Source: Octopus vulgaris (Eukaryota). From it: a stretch of 64,000 nt of DNA. This document shows positions 25,145 to 37,797 of this stretch, in pieces. The stretch spans positions 27,838,001-27,902,000 of the forward strand of contig OX597823.1 of NCBI GenBank assembly GCA_951406725.2, written 5' to 3'. Both the position numbers and the translations under genes were made by a program. The notes beneath the pieces are model-generated. The model worked only from the letters and a program-made list of their open reading frames with translations. It had not been told where the DNA came from and did no database searches. The first letter of the stretch is position 1. Each line of letters begins with the position of its first letter.

Positions 25145-26159
25145 GTGTGTCTGACCTCTACTACATTGCTTCCAAATACAAATGAGTTTATATATATATG
25201 TATGTATGTGAGTATGTATGTCTGTGCGTTTGTGTGTGTGTGTGTGCACACATAGTGTTTAATCCATTTAACCTATTTTTTCTCAGGTAAATTGAAATTC
25301 TTTTCAAGTACGTCCTTCTCTAAATATATTATTTCTTTGTATTTGTTCAGAAATTTGCGGATACTTTTCGTAAGTTTGAGCAATGCGTCAGCGGTACTCC
25401 CCACCACTACACACACACACACACACACAGTATGATGATGGTGGTGATGGTAATAATCTTTCCATTATTGTCACAGGAGTGGTAGATGAGGGGAAATGTC
25501 GCCAAGACAAAAGTACAAAAACGGCCGGGATTTCACAATACAATATGAAGAAAATGGGTCTGACAACGAAAAAAAATAAAAAAAAAGGAAGAGAAAAAAA
25601 ACAATATAAAGAAAATGATGTGAAACGTTCCAATTAGAGAATAGCCACCTGACGCCAGTCAGAGAATCCTGCAGAGCTGGTTTAGTCTTACTGTCAACAG
25701 TAAGTTCCCCACCTCTCAGTTTATAGTCACCAGCTGTAGTTTCCCCCATTTATTCGGACCGTACCCGCCACTCTCATCCACCTTTTCGCCGGGAGACAAT
25801 ACACCCCTCCCTCCACTCTTCTCTCTTATCTTCTCTTCTTAAATTAGGAACAGAAGTTGGTGACGGCTTGGTCGGAGAGTAAATTGCCTGTCCTCATTTC
25901 TTTCAATCTTGTCCAGTATACAGTACTTTTTTTTTTCTTGTCATAGCCACCTGGTCAACAGAAGGCAGCACGGGGATCTTCACGATAGAATCGGTTGACA
26001 AATGAATGTAGGTGTGGGACGTAAGTTTGGTTCTTTATGCGTTGAGTTCATATGTCACCAAGGTCACTCTGCTTTGGATACTTCCGGAGTCAATGAAATA
26101 TCTACTAAGTACTGAGATCAATATAATCGATTATTTGCTTTCCTCGATTTTCAGGCCTG

Positions 26160-26620
26160 ACGTCTTGCCTTGTCCCAGTTCACGTCCGGCTGATCTGGAA
26201 CGTCAGCTCTTTCGCTTTTTGTAGAAGGAGCGCGCTTTACTGATCGAGTGCTCCATTTGCTATTAACATCTGCTGCATGGAGCACTGGACATGCTGTGGC
26301 TGATGATGTTTTAGCATACGCTGAGGTTGTGACCTCTCCGGCGATTCCTTAGACGGTCAGCAGATGTGGCCACCATTTGTCAGACATGTTTTTCCACAGC
26401 TCGTCATTTGATAGATTTGCAGTTCAGGGCCCAGCAAAGACCTCACAGCTCTCTACCACCTGAGCAGAGAGGCTGATGAAAATTCTACGTTGGTGTCCTG
26501 TTGAGGATTAGTGGTGGACAATAGTGACGACGTTCTCGTGGAAACCCTGTGTTTCAATGAAGATCAACTGATTTATTCCGGAGGACTTTCAAACAGGGGC
26601 CCATGGATAATATTTCCAGA
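26160..26620 (-). mobile_element. decayed RTE-like ORF2 fragment
   Basis: Frameshifted remnants FHENVVTIV, RIFISL, LSNDELWK and GHNL. Confidence 0.4.
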
Positions 26621-26775
26621 AATACCTGACCTGGCATTACTATAAGAGTGTACTGTTGGTTTAAAATGCACCTGTCGATTGGAGACAGATAGCAGTGAGA
26701 GGGTTTTGCCCTTAATTGTTACAAAACACACATACGCGATAAGGAAGAATGAGGCAAAAACCTAATCCAATATAT

Positions 26776-27172
26776 TCTCTTCTACTCTAGGCGCAAGGCC
26801 CGAAATTTTCGGGGACGGAGCCCGTCGATTATAGCGACTCCAGTGCGCAACTGGTACTTAACTTATCGACCCTGAAAAGATAAAAGGCAAAGTCGACCTC
26901 GGAGGAATTTGAACTCAGAACGTAACAGTAGGCGAAATACCTATTTCTTTACTACCTACAAGGGGCTAAATACAGAGGACAAACAAGGACAGACAAACGG
27001 ATTAAGTCGATTATATCAACCCCAGTGCGTTACTGGAACTTATTTAATCGACCCCGAAAGGATGAACGGCAAAGTCGACTTCGGCGGAATTTGAACTCAG
27101 AACGTAGCCGCAGACGAAATACTGCTAAGCATTTCGCCCGGCGCGCTAACGTTTCTACCAGCTCGCCTCGTT
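26776..27172 (-). mobile_element. SINE family B head-to-tail dimer
   Basis: Two units joined at AAAGAAATA|GGTATTTCG. Confidence 0.9.
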
Positions 27173-27926
27173 CCTAATTCAATGTGTTAAAGGTAAAATT
27201 TAGTTTCATTCAACAAAAATGGGCAATACAGTGTTGTAGTTTTGGGTGGAGATGTCAATTGGTGGTGGCTCGTTGTGGATGTTACAGTATTCGTTGTTGA
27301 TATGTTGTCCGTGTTATGTTGTGTTATTTGAGGGAGATTTGGTTGATATTTCTAGCAGCTCGAGACTATGTTGGTGCTCTTTGTTGTTGTTGGTTGTTGT
27401 TGTTGCAATATAACATATGGAGGTAATTTAGATTTATGTTCAGTAAGTACATTCTCAGTTGAAACGTGTTTCACAGTCGGTTTATTAGTTCGTGATTACT
27501 TCCCTTTACAGAACCAGTGTTTTGGTTTACATCTTCGTACACACTACATCACATGCTGCATCGCTCAGGCTTTCATCTCCCCTGTGATATAAGTCCAGTT
27601 GTTTTTCTGGCCTCCACTAAACATATGGTACAGCAGGTTTGTTTTAACAGCATGTAAGAAATTCATAAAAACAAACATTTTAAACAACATGCGGTGTGAT
27701 GAGGCGTTGAAAGAGCTTGTACGTGGGGCCTCGAACGGGTAGAAATCGCTGTCAGTTCTTACTCACATCGCAGTATGTTATCTTAGGAACTAATAACCTT
27801 TATATCTAAACTACAATTGTAATGTTTTTATCCACCAAGACAGTAATTTTGCTTGAAATGAATGCTATGAAGTCTGGAAAAGGGGCAGAAAGGATTGTTG
27901 TATTTACTAATATTAAGATGGGTTTA

Positions 27927-28137
27927 GGCGGCGAGCCGGCAGAATCCTGAGCTCGCCGGCAAAATGCTTAGCGACATCGACCCCAGTGCGTAACTGGTAC
28001 TAATTTTATTGACGTACCCCGAAATGGTGAAAGGCAAAATCGATCTCGGCGGAATTTGAACTTAGATCGTAACGGCAGGCGAAATACTGCTAAGCATTTC
28101 GCCCGGCGTGCTAACGATTCTGCCAGCTCGCCGCCTT
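27927..28137 (-). mobile_element. SINE B with an inverted extra head
   Basis: Plus-strand head 27927-27975 fused to a minus-strand copy. Confidence 0.8.
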
Positions 28138-28299
28138 TCTACAACACCAAATATGACAACTGTTGTAGTGATGAGAAAGCAAGAAGCTGTTATGTCCTTT
28201 CGTACACTTTGAAAAGGTATCAAGGTGGACGATGACGAGCATCTCTGCAATTGGGTACGTCTTCAATTGTCTCAACACAGCAGTATCATGGATACGGAT

Positions 28300-29143
28300 T
28301 AGCGGTTGTCAAAAATTAATTGCAATAATTGCAATAAATTAATTTACTGATAAGCTCTTTTCAATTGCAATAATTTATTGCGAAGCTACGATTATTGCAA
28401 TAATTTATTGCGAAGATTGCAATTAATTGCAAAAGAGATGGGTGCCAGCCAACCACGTTATATTAATACAGCATTCATTTTGTCAACGACTGACTTGGTT
28501 GAAAGGTTCTTCAGTGTAGCAACGAATGCCTTCGGTGATACAAGATATCAATTATCATCCGTAAATCTGGAGATGCAACTATTTTTGAGAGTGAATGATC
28601 ATCATTGGGATAACGAACTTGTTTCGCGTATCGTTTCATCCAATCCCCTCATGTAAATTGTTAAACGCATACTCATTTTAATTGCTAATAGTATGAAACC
28701 GTCCTTTTTCCATTCATACGTTTTCTTTTTGTCTTGATTGTGGTGGTATGGGCTCTAAGGGGAGTGTTGTAGGCATGCTTTTCCATCCTAGGTCATATCA
28801 CACATTGGTGGTCGATTTTGTCATTCTGGCAGGCGGTGTAAGAATTTTTAGAAAATTGCGGGTAATCCAAACATCTTTCGGACAGCAAAGAAATAGATCA
28901 ATCAAAATTGACAAAGTAGAGCTTTCATTAGAAATGCACTGTTTTACAAAAAATGACGCTTCTGGATGCGTAAAAACTTTACAAGAGGCTTTTCTGGAGA
29001 GCATTGCAATTTATTGCAATTATTTATTGAGACGAAAGAAAAAATGCAATTAATTTATTGCAACAAAAAAATTAAATTCAGTAAATTCATTGCAACGAAA
29101 TAAATTTATTGCAAGTTCTGCAATGCATTTTTGACAATGCCTG
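28300..29143. mobile_element. hAT transposon, internally deleted
   Basis: Imperfect TIRs TAGCGGTTGTCAAAAAT / CAGGCATTGTCAAAAAT; 8-bp TSD ATACGGAT/ACACGGAT; subterminal TTGCAATAA repeats. Confidence 0.85.
28440..28656 (+). pseudogene. hAT transposase C-terminal dimerisation domain remnant
   Basis: TTDLVERFFSVATNAFGDTRYQLSSVNLEMQLFLRVN matches the ERxFS...R..L...NLE..LFL..N pattern. Confidence 0.8.
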
Positions 29144-29385
29144 ACACGGATACCGATCTTTGAAGGCCAGGCAATGCGGGGATCGAACTCGCCACCCTTT
29201 CTCTCCACTCTTATAATAATTATTGGCGAATGTGCCCAGAATAATGAAGAGTCGTTGGAAAACATCTTATTCTCTGTAACGATGAAACAGCGAGACACTA
29301 TACATACATACACACACGCACACATACATATACACATGCATGCATATGTACATGCATGAATTTTTATATAAACACACGCTTCAGT

Positions 29386-29416
<31 letters not shown>

Positions 29417-29434
29417 AATAATTAAATAGATTTC

Positions 29435-29653
29435 TTTTATTCGTTTATTTGTTTCAGTCATTTGACTGCGGCCATGCTGGAGCATCACCTTTAGTCGAGC
29501 AAATCGATCCCAGCACTTATTCTTTGTAAGCCTAATACTTATTCTATCGGGCCCTCTTGCCGAACCGCTAGGTTACGGGGACGTAAACACATCAGCATTG
29601 GTTGTCAAGCGATGTTGGAGCGACAAACACAGACACACAAACATATGTATGCG

Positions 29654-29685
<32 letters not shown>

Positions 29686-29870
29686 CATATACATATACAT
29701 ATATATATATATATATACACGACGGGCTTCTTTCAGTTTCCGTCTACCAAATCCACTCACAAGGCTTTGATCGGCCCGAGGCTATAGTTGAAGACACTTG
29801 CCCAAGGTGCTACGCAGTAGGACTGAACCCGGAAGCATGTGGTTCGTAAGCAACCTACTTACCACACAGG
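29435..29870 (-). mobile_element. SINE family A
   Basis: Homology to other copies. Confidence 0.9.
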
Positions 29871-31957
29871 CGATCACTTCATTAATAATGTTATTACTTA
29901 TGTCACATGCAGTGTATGTATTGCTTAATTTTACGTGATATGGAATAAACAACGTTCGTTTACGGAAACAATCGTAACATCGATTTGATTCCTATTTTCC
30001 TCAATTACACACACACACACACACTCTCTCTTTCTCTCTCTACATTCAAGTTTATTTCTTGTATTTTTCTCATCTGCTCTGACAGCCTAAAGGATGTATC
30101 TCATTTCTCCGCATTTCATTCGTCAATAAAATTCTTTTAAACTATCAGCAGAGATGTATAACAGGTTAGTTTGAAGTAACACTTTGATGGTGTTGTGGTT
30201 GTTATTGGTGAGTTTCGGTCGGTTGATTTTCATTAAAAAGAAAAAGAAAAGTGTCGTCATGCCTAATGCAACCGGGTTCATTCAGTAAACTCTGTCTTAT
30301 TTAATCAAATTGTTCAGTGGATTTCGAGGTAATTTTCAATACCAGTTTCGGTCTTATTTCTTTATAGTTTTTTTTCCCTTTCACACCAACTCTGAACTAA
30401 GTGGGAACAGAACAGTCAGTACAAGTCGGAAATAGTGTTTTATGTAACAGAATTTAACTACAAAGTAAGGCTTTTGTGATTGTGGATAACCTCGTTGTAT
30501 TTTATATTTTTAAAGTTTTTTTCTTTTCATATTTCATTCATGTTTTCCCCATTCTTTATCTTTCCATCTTCATTCTTTCTTGCCGTCTTTTTTTTCTTTC
30601 TTCTTCCGCCCCCCCACCTTTCATTTACCTGAATTTCACGTGTTACCGGGACAAGGTCTCAGGTTACTGGCGTCACAGTATTTCGTTATGGTAACCATAC
30701 AAAGATATATTTATAATTTTCGCCAGTGACAAAAACCTACAAATGCGGGAATTAAATACTTATTGAAATTCATTAAATACAGGAATAGGATCTTTATTAT
30801 TTTATCTCCTTTTCATTTCGAAGATCCACAACTCCTGAACGGACACCCCAAAGCATATGGTGCCCCGGGTTGTCGGTATTTTCAACTAGCCTTACTTCGA
30901 AGACTTATGAGATCCCAGACGTCTCTACCCTTCTATCAAGTTGCCCACTATTCTATCCAGTCGGCTGCCCATGTCTCTCTTGCTTCTGCTATTGACCTTC
31001 ATGAGTAACAGCTAAATGTTTTCGCCTTCAAATGTCTACCCACAATTCTAAAAGTCTTTTCTACTTCGTTTTTTTAGTTAAAACAAAGCCAACGGATCGA
31101 CTATTTTAATATTACTTTTAGTGGTAGTTTGAAATATGAAAATATTAAGGGGCCATTATGTTATGTATATCCACCTTCCTCACCTTTGTGGTCATGTTTC
31201 ACTGTAAGGTTTTCTGAAACTTCTTCAAGATTGTAAGCCAGCGAGGGAGCCTCTTCATGGTCGTCCAACTTGCTAAAAATAAGTCATTTCCCTAAAATCT
31301 CTGTAGTGTTTCAGAAAAGAAATACACTTTGAATATTGTGACCCTGAGTTCACGGTTTTGGGAAGGACAGGAAAGTCACGGCTGGAATATATTTAATCGT
31401 GGGTCTGCTCGATTATTCTTCACCTGGAGTTACTTAACAACAACAACATCAATGTAACAACGAGACGCAAATTCTCGTCAAGTGGAGGCCACAGCACGGT
31501 TTCGATTTCTGGTTGAAGTAATTGCATTTTACTTCACTTCCGTTGTTCAGGTTTTTGAGAAAAGTATGAGCATCACAACCTCACATTTCCGTCCCTGCAA
31601 CAAGAAAGAATTCAGTGACTGCCTTAGAAAAGAAGCTTAATTCTCACTCCACCCACCTAGTAAGGTAGAAAAGGAAATGAACAGAAAGAAAGTCACAGGG
31701 AAGAAGAATAGGTTACAATTTTGATGGGGGGAAAAAAATTCTCTAGAAAGCTTGTCGCATTTCATTTAAGTACCGGAAATAATGAAGTTATTCAACAAAT
31801 GATATTTTAAGTCTTTATTAACTGGCAATACATCACTTGTACACAATGGCAACACAATTCAATTAATGTCATTGAATGTATGAAAAACAAAAATTGCGTT
31901 ATTCTCTGTAAGAATAATCATGTTGATGCTTTGACATGTAATATTTATGTGGCCGAG

Positions 31958-32742
31958 AGGCGGCGAGCTGGCAGAAACGTTAGCACGCCGGGCGAAATGC
32001 CTAGCCGTATTTTGTCTGCCTTTACGTTCTGAGTTCAAATTCCGCCGAAGTCGACTTTGCCTTTCATCCTTTCGGGGTCGATAAATTAAGTACCAGTTAC
32101 GCACTGGGGTCGATATAATCGACTTAATCCGTTTGTCTGTCCTTGTTTGTCCCCTCTATGTTTAGCCCATTGTGGGCAATAAATAAATAAGAAACGTTAG
32201 CACGCCGGGCGAAATGCGTAGCCGTATTTCGTCTGCCGTTACGTTCTGAGTTCAAATTCCGCCGAGGTCGACTTTGCATTTCATCCTTTCGGGGTCGATC
32301 AAATAAGTACCAGTTACGCACTGGGTCGATGTAATCGACTTAATCCGTTTGTCTGTCCTTGTTTGTCCTCTCTGTGTTTAGCCCCTTGTGGGTAGTAAAG
32401 AAATAGGTATTTCGTCTACCGCTACGTTCTCAGTTCAAATTCCGCCGAGGTCGACTTTGCCTTTCATCCTTTTGGGATTGATGAATTAAGTACCAGATAA
32501 GCACTGGGGTCGATATAAACGACTTAATCCGTTTGTCCTCTCTGTGTTTAGTCCCTTGTGGGTAGTAAAGAAATAGGTATTTCGTTTGTCCTTATGTTCT
32601 GAGTTCAAATTCCGCCCAGATCGACTTTGCCTTTCATCCTTTCGGGGTCGATAAATTAACTTCCAGTTGCATACTGGGGTCTATCTAATCGATTGGCCCC
32701 CTCCCACAAATTTTCGGGCCTTGTGCCTAGAGTAGAAACGAA
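31958..32742 (+). mobile_element. SINE family B tetramer (central domain resembles the Meta-SINE ctttcatcctttcggggtcgataaa motif)
   Basis: Four head-to-tail units; first unit has head GGCGGCGAGCTGGCAGAA and B box GAGTTCAAATTCC. Confidence 0.92.
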
Positions 32743-32988
32743 TATTTATATGGCCGAATAAACACATTTCTAGCAACATACCTCGCCATGTTGGACCGCT
32801 GAACTCTACACAGTTTTTCTCTCTCTATTTATTTTCGTTCCCTCTCAATTTTTACCGCTTATTCCTTTGTCGAAGAGCGTAGGCTGAAAATGTAAATGAC
32901 TTTTCCATTTTTCCCGGACGTTTAACTAATACACCTGCATTTTGTTCCTACACCTTCGACTTTTGGTATTTCTTGTAAACTTGAAATA

Positions 32989-33079
<91 letters not shown>

Positions 33080-33636
33080 TCACCCACCCACACACATGTA
33101 TTAATAGTAATGGTAAAACAACAAAAGAATGAAAGAGACTTCGATATTATGTAAATAGAGGAATTTATCTGTAATATAGTATGTGACAAGTATTATGGCA
33201 ACCGAATAATTGTCGCATATTATATTACAGATATATATATATACATGTATGTATGTATGTACGTACCCCGTCCACACATACACACACACACACACATACT
33301 CAACTCCTCTTCAAACTCACGTTTGGTCCTACTTCATCACAATCACGCTTTTTTCACAAACAACTTTCATCCGGATACAATACCTCACATCCCACTAATG
33401 AACGTCACCATACTTACGTACTTCCACACTCTTACACACATAACTCCACACATCACTTTCCCCAAATGCTTGCTTCCACACTTTGATGCATTGCTATACT
33501 TGCACAACATACCTTGCCTTTTCCCTTTTGTAACTACCGTAGAACCGCATTACCTCTTGGTTTTTAACTCTTCGCCTGTTTGTTGCTTTCTTCTCACTGA
33601 CTATCCCGCTTCTCGCTCAAGTTATGCTTTCCTCTT

Positions 33637-33672
33637 TCTTCTGGTGAAGTCCTGACGTCCGAAACGTTAAGA
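33637..33672 (+). ncRNA. degenerate minimal hammerhead motif (A6G)
   Basis: TCTT-CTGGTGA-...-CC-GAAA-CG-TT-AAGA; stem I is intact and stem II is damaged. Confidence 0.4.
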
Positions 33673-33741
33673 CGTTTCGTTTTTCCATTAAAGCTTTGTC
33701 CTTCTTGTGTTATCTTTTTATTGCTTATTGCACTTCCCGTC

Positions 33742-33773
<32 letters not shown>

Positions 33774-34217
33774 GTACAACGAGGCAACGTACAACGAGGG
33801 TGTTTTGCTTACTATTTCTAGCTTATCGAGCGACTCTTACCATATCGATATGGTAAAAGGATTTAATTTGAAACAAAAAACCCTTGACTAATCATAAAAA
33901 CCACTGTTCTAATTAAATACAAAGATCCCTTATTTGGTATATGTATAAAAAATCCCGAGTTCCGATAAGGCATAAAGAACCCTTTATTTTTATTGAGTAC
34001 ATCGCAGCATTCTGCGTGATCACTCGACTTGAGACTGATCAAATCTCCATCAACTCACTTCCTAAAGTCTTAAATAAGAACACATCAGATAATGTTCTAC
34101 ATACGTCCAAGTAGTGGACCCTTTAGCTTTGGAGCTAAACAATAGTAACTAGACATTAAGGCTCTACATTTAAGTAAGCAGAAATACCCTATATTTAAGT
34201 TGGCATACATATCAACG

Positions 34218-34490
34218 TGGAGGCACATGGCCTAGTGGTTAGAGCAGCGGACTGGGGTTCGAATCTCAGACCGGGCGATGTGTGCGTTTATGAGCGGAAA
34301 AACACATAAGCTCCACGCGGCTCCGGCAGAAGGTAATGGTGAACTTCTGCTGACTCTTTCGCCACAACTTTCTCTCACTCTTTCCTCATGCATCTTGCAG
34401 CTCACCTGCGACGTCCAGGTGGGGAACCCATACACCAAGGAAACCGGGAAAGCGGCCCTTACGAGCCAGGTGTGGCTCGAGAAAGGGACA
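34218..34490 (+). mobile_element. SINE C-related variant
   Basis: C-type head with a different 3' half. Confidence 0.75.
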
Positions 34491-34674
34491 AACAAATACA
34501 TATCAACAGCGTTTACTGCTTCAAACCAGCAAGGAAAAAATTTGTGTGAACGCACAACCTTGAATTACTAAAGGACACAATGGAATATATAGCAAGGTAG
34601 CTTTGCCAACTTAAATATAGGGTCTTCCTGCCTACTTAAAATATAGGGGCTTAATGTCTAGTTACTGTTGTACC

Positions 34675-34862
34675 TATTTCTTTACTACCCACAAGGGGCT
34701 AAACACAGAGAGGACAAACAAGGTCAGACAAACGGATTAAGTCGATTATATAGACCCCAGTGCGTTACTGGTACTTAATTTATCGACCCCGAAAGGATGA
34801 AAGGCAAAGTCGACCTCGGCGGAATTTGAACTCAGAACGTAACGGCAGACGAAATACCTATT
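34675..34862 (-). mobile_element. SINE B monomer with 18-bp TSD
   Basis: TCTAGTTACTGTTGTACC at 34657-34674 and 34863-34880. Confidence 0.9.
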
Positions 34863-35683
34863 TCTAGTTACTGTTGTACCGCCAAATCAATCCTGATCCA
34901 ACTGGTCAATAAGGGTCCACGATTTCAAGTTAAATCCTTTTACAATATCGATCATCTGATTATATCGGACTAACAAGGGAATCCCTATAGAATCGCTCGA
35001 TCAGCTAGAAATAGCTAGCAAAATACTCTCGTTGTGTCGTAGCATCTTCGAAAAAGAAAGGCCTCGTTGGATAATACAGAAATGTATATTTGATACTGTA
35101 AATGGATCTCTGTCGACTTCGACGATGACCATTCAGCTGTTTGATCAAGTGAACTTGAATTTTCATATCAATGGTTGAGTAGACCGAATCGAGGGTTTCC
35201 GTGTGTTATGATTGGCTGAATTACAGGTATAAGTCCATCCAGTGAGCCTCTTCATAGTTTTCACCTATCCACTTCCTTTCACAGAACCCGGGACGACACG
35301 AAACTATAGGAAATAAGACATTAGCTCAAGGTAGAATTCGAATGCAGTAAGATCGAACCCAGGACCGCGTGGTAGCAAAGTGAACTAAACCATTCAGTCA
35401 TGAGGTATTAAACACATAATGTTTGAAAATACAAAATGTGATAGCAAAAGCTAGAACATCTTTGATCACAGGTTTGCTCAGTCAGTGTTGACCTGTGGTT
35501 AAACAGCTGCAGCAGCATCTTGTAAAATGTAGGAAAGCGTTAAACGAAATATTTTAATGCAATTTACTTAACCCATTAAGTCCCACTGTCCTATAAATAG
35601 GACACTAAATGAGAACATTAAATAAGCTATAATTTTTAGGACACCGAGTATTTCCATTTCTACTTGAAGTAAAGGAGTTTTAA

Positions 35684-36071
35684 TACTCTTTTACTTGTTT
35701 CAGACATTTGACTACGGCCATGCTGGAGCACCGCCTTTAGTCGAGCAACTCGACCCCGGGACTTATTCTTTGTAAGCCCAGTACTTATTCTATCGGTCTC
35801 TTTTCCCGAACCGCTAAGTGACGGGGACGTAAACACACCAGCATCGGTTGTCAAGCAATGCCAGGGGGACAAACACAAACACACACACACATATATATAT
35901 AGATATATATACATATATACGACAGGCTTCTTTCAGTTTCCGTCTACCAAATCCACTCACAAGGCATTGGTCGGCCCGGGGCTATAGTAGAAGACACTTG
36001 CCCAAGATGCTACGCAGTGGGACTGAACCCGGAACTATGTGGTTGGTTAGCAAGCTACTTACCACACAGCC
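35684..36071 (-). mobile_element. SINE family A
   Basis: Near-consensus copy. Confidence 0.92.
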
Positions 36072-36145
36072 AAATTATTTTTTTTCATTTTAACCTATTT
36101 TCAATCATTTGTAAAAATTTAAAAGTGATATTCGGAAATTGGTAA

Positions 36146-36535
36146 GTGTGGTAAGTAGCTTGCTTATCAACCACATGGTTCCAGGTTCAGTCCCACTGCG
36201 TGGCACCTTGGGCAAGTGTCTTCTACTATAGCCTCGGGTCGACCAAAGCCTTGTAAGTGGATTTGGTAGACGGAAAATGAAAGAAGCCCGTCGTATATAT
36301 GTATATATGTACGTGTGTGTATATATTTGTGTGTCTGTGTTTGTCCCCCCAACATCGCTTGACAACCGATGCTGGTGTGTTTACGTCCCCGTAACTTAGC
36401 GGTTCGGCAACAGAGCCCGATAGAATAAGTACTAGGCTTACAAAGAATAAGTCCTGGGGTCTATTTGATCGACTAAAGGCGGTGCTCCAGCATGGCCGCA
36501 GTCAAATAACTGAAACGGGTAAAAGTAAAAGAGTA
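36146..36535 (+). mobile_element. SINE family A
   Basis: Near-consensus copy, inverted relative to 35684-36071. Confidence 0.92.
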
Positions 36536-37034
36536 CTCTGGGACTTAATGGGTTAAGTGCCTTTTTCCTTCTGAGGTCAGATTCCACAGATGCCAGTTTT
36601 TCCATCCAGCCGTGGTCGATGAAATAAAGTGTCCATCAAGTATTTGCGTCGACCCCGTTTTCAAATATATAAAGCTTTGTACAAAACCTAGACACCAATA
36701 GCGATGATTGAAGTGTGTTGGTATGATTGTCACAAGTGCCTATTTATTTTCGCTATAGCACAAATGAATTGCACTTTAAAAATGCATTAGTGTTATTCCC
36801 CAAGGCAATACCTATACACGTAGAGCTTTATTGAGCAAATATATTGGATCGAATTCAAAACAGTTTTACTACTGAGAAATAAATATATTCATGAGCTATT
36901 CGTCACAAAAATGGAAAAAAAGAAAAAAAAAAAAAAAGAGAAAGTTATATATTGCTGAATTGAAGTTAACGGGAGAGCACTTTGTAATAAAGTTGTCTCC
37001 CTTGGAAAAGTACATTTATTCGTCATCGTGATCC

Positions 37035-37230
37035 GAAATGCTTAGCGATATTTCGCCTGCCGTTACGTTCAGAGTTCGAATTCCGCCGAGGTCGACTTTA
37101 CCTTTCATCCTTTCGGGGTCGATAAATTAAGTACCAGTCACGCACTGGGATCGATGTAATCGACTTAATCCCTTTGTCTGTCCTTGTTTGTCCCCTCTAT
37201 GTTTAGCCCCTTGTGGGCAATAAAGAAATA
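37035..37230 (+). mobile_element. SINE family B, 5' truncated
   Basis: Homology to other copies. Confidence 0.9.
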
Positions 37231-37245
37231 TAATACTTACATAGT

Positions 37246-37797
37246 CTTTACTCTTTTACTTGTTTCAGTCATTTGACTGCGGCCATGCTGGAGCACCGCC
37301 TTTAATCGAGCAACTCGACCCCGGGACTTATTCTTTTGTAAGCCCAGTACTTATTCTATCGGTCACTTTTGCTGAACCGCTAAGTAACGGGGTCATAAAC
37401 ACGCCAGCATCAGTTGTCAAGCAATGCTAGGGGGACAAACACAGACACACAGACACTTGCCCAAGATGCTACGCAGTGGGACTGAACCCGGAACTATGTG
37501 GTTGGTTAGCAAGCTACTTACCACACAGCCAAATTATTTTTTTTCATTTTAACCTATTTTCAATCATTTGTAAAAATTTAAAAGTGATATTCGGAAATTG
37601 GTAAGACGCATATATATATATATACATATATACGACGGGCTTCTTTCAGTTTCCATCTACCAAATCCACTTACAAGGCTTTGGTCAGCCCGTGGCTATAG
37701 TAGAAGACACTTGCCCATGGTGCCATGCAGTGGGACTGAACCCAGAACCATGCGGTTGGTAAACAAGCTACTTACCACACAGCCACTCCTGCGCCTA
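37246..37797 (-). mobile_element. SINE family A with a 155-bp internal templated insert
   Basis: 37451-37605 duplicates 35992-36146. Confidence 0.88.

Larger units (their letters stand above)
33791..35035. repeat. long imperfect foldback with nested SINEs
   Basis: Colinear inverted blocks 33791-33837/34989-35035, 33844-33873/34923-34952 and 34139-34205/34604-34671. Confidence 0.75.
35572..36552. mobile_element. piggyBac-type MITE hosting two SINE A copies
   Basis: TTAA|CCCATTAAGTCCCA ... TGGGACTTAATGGG|TTAA. Confidence 0.88.
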
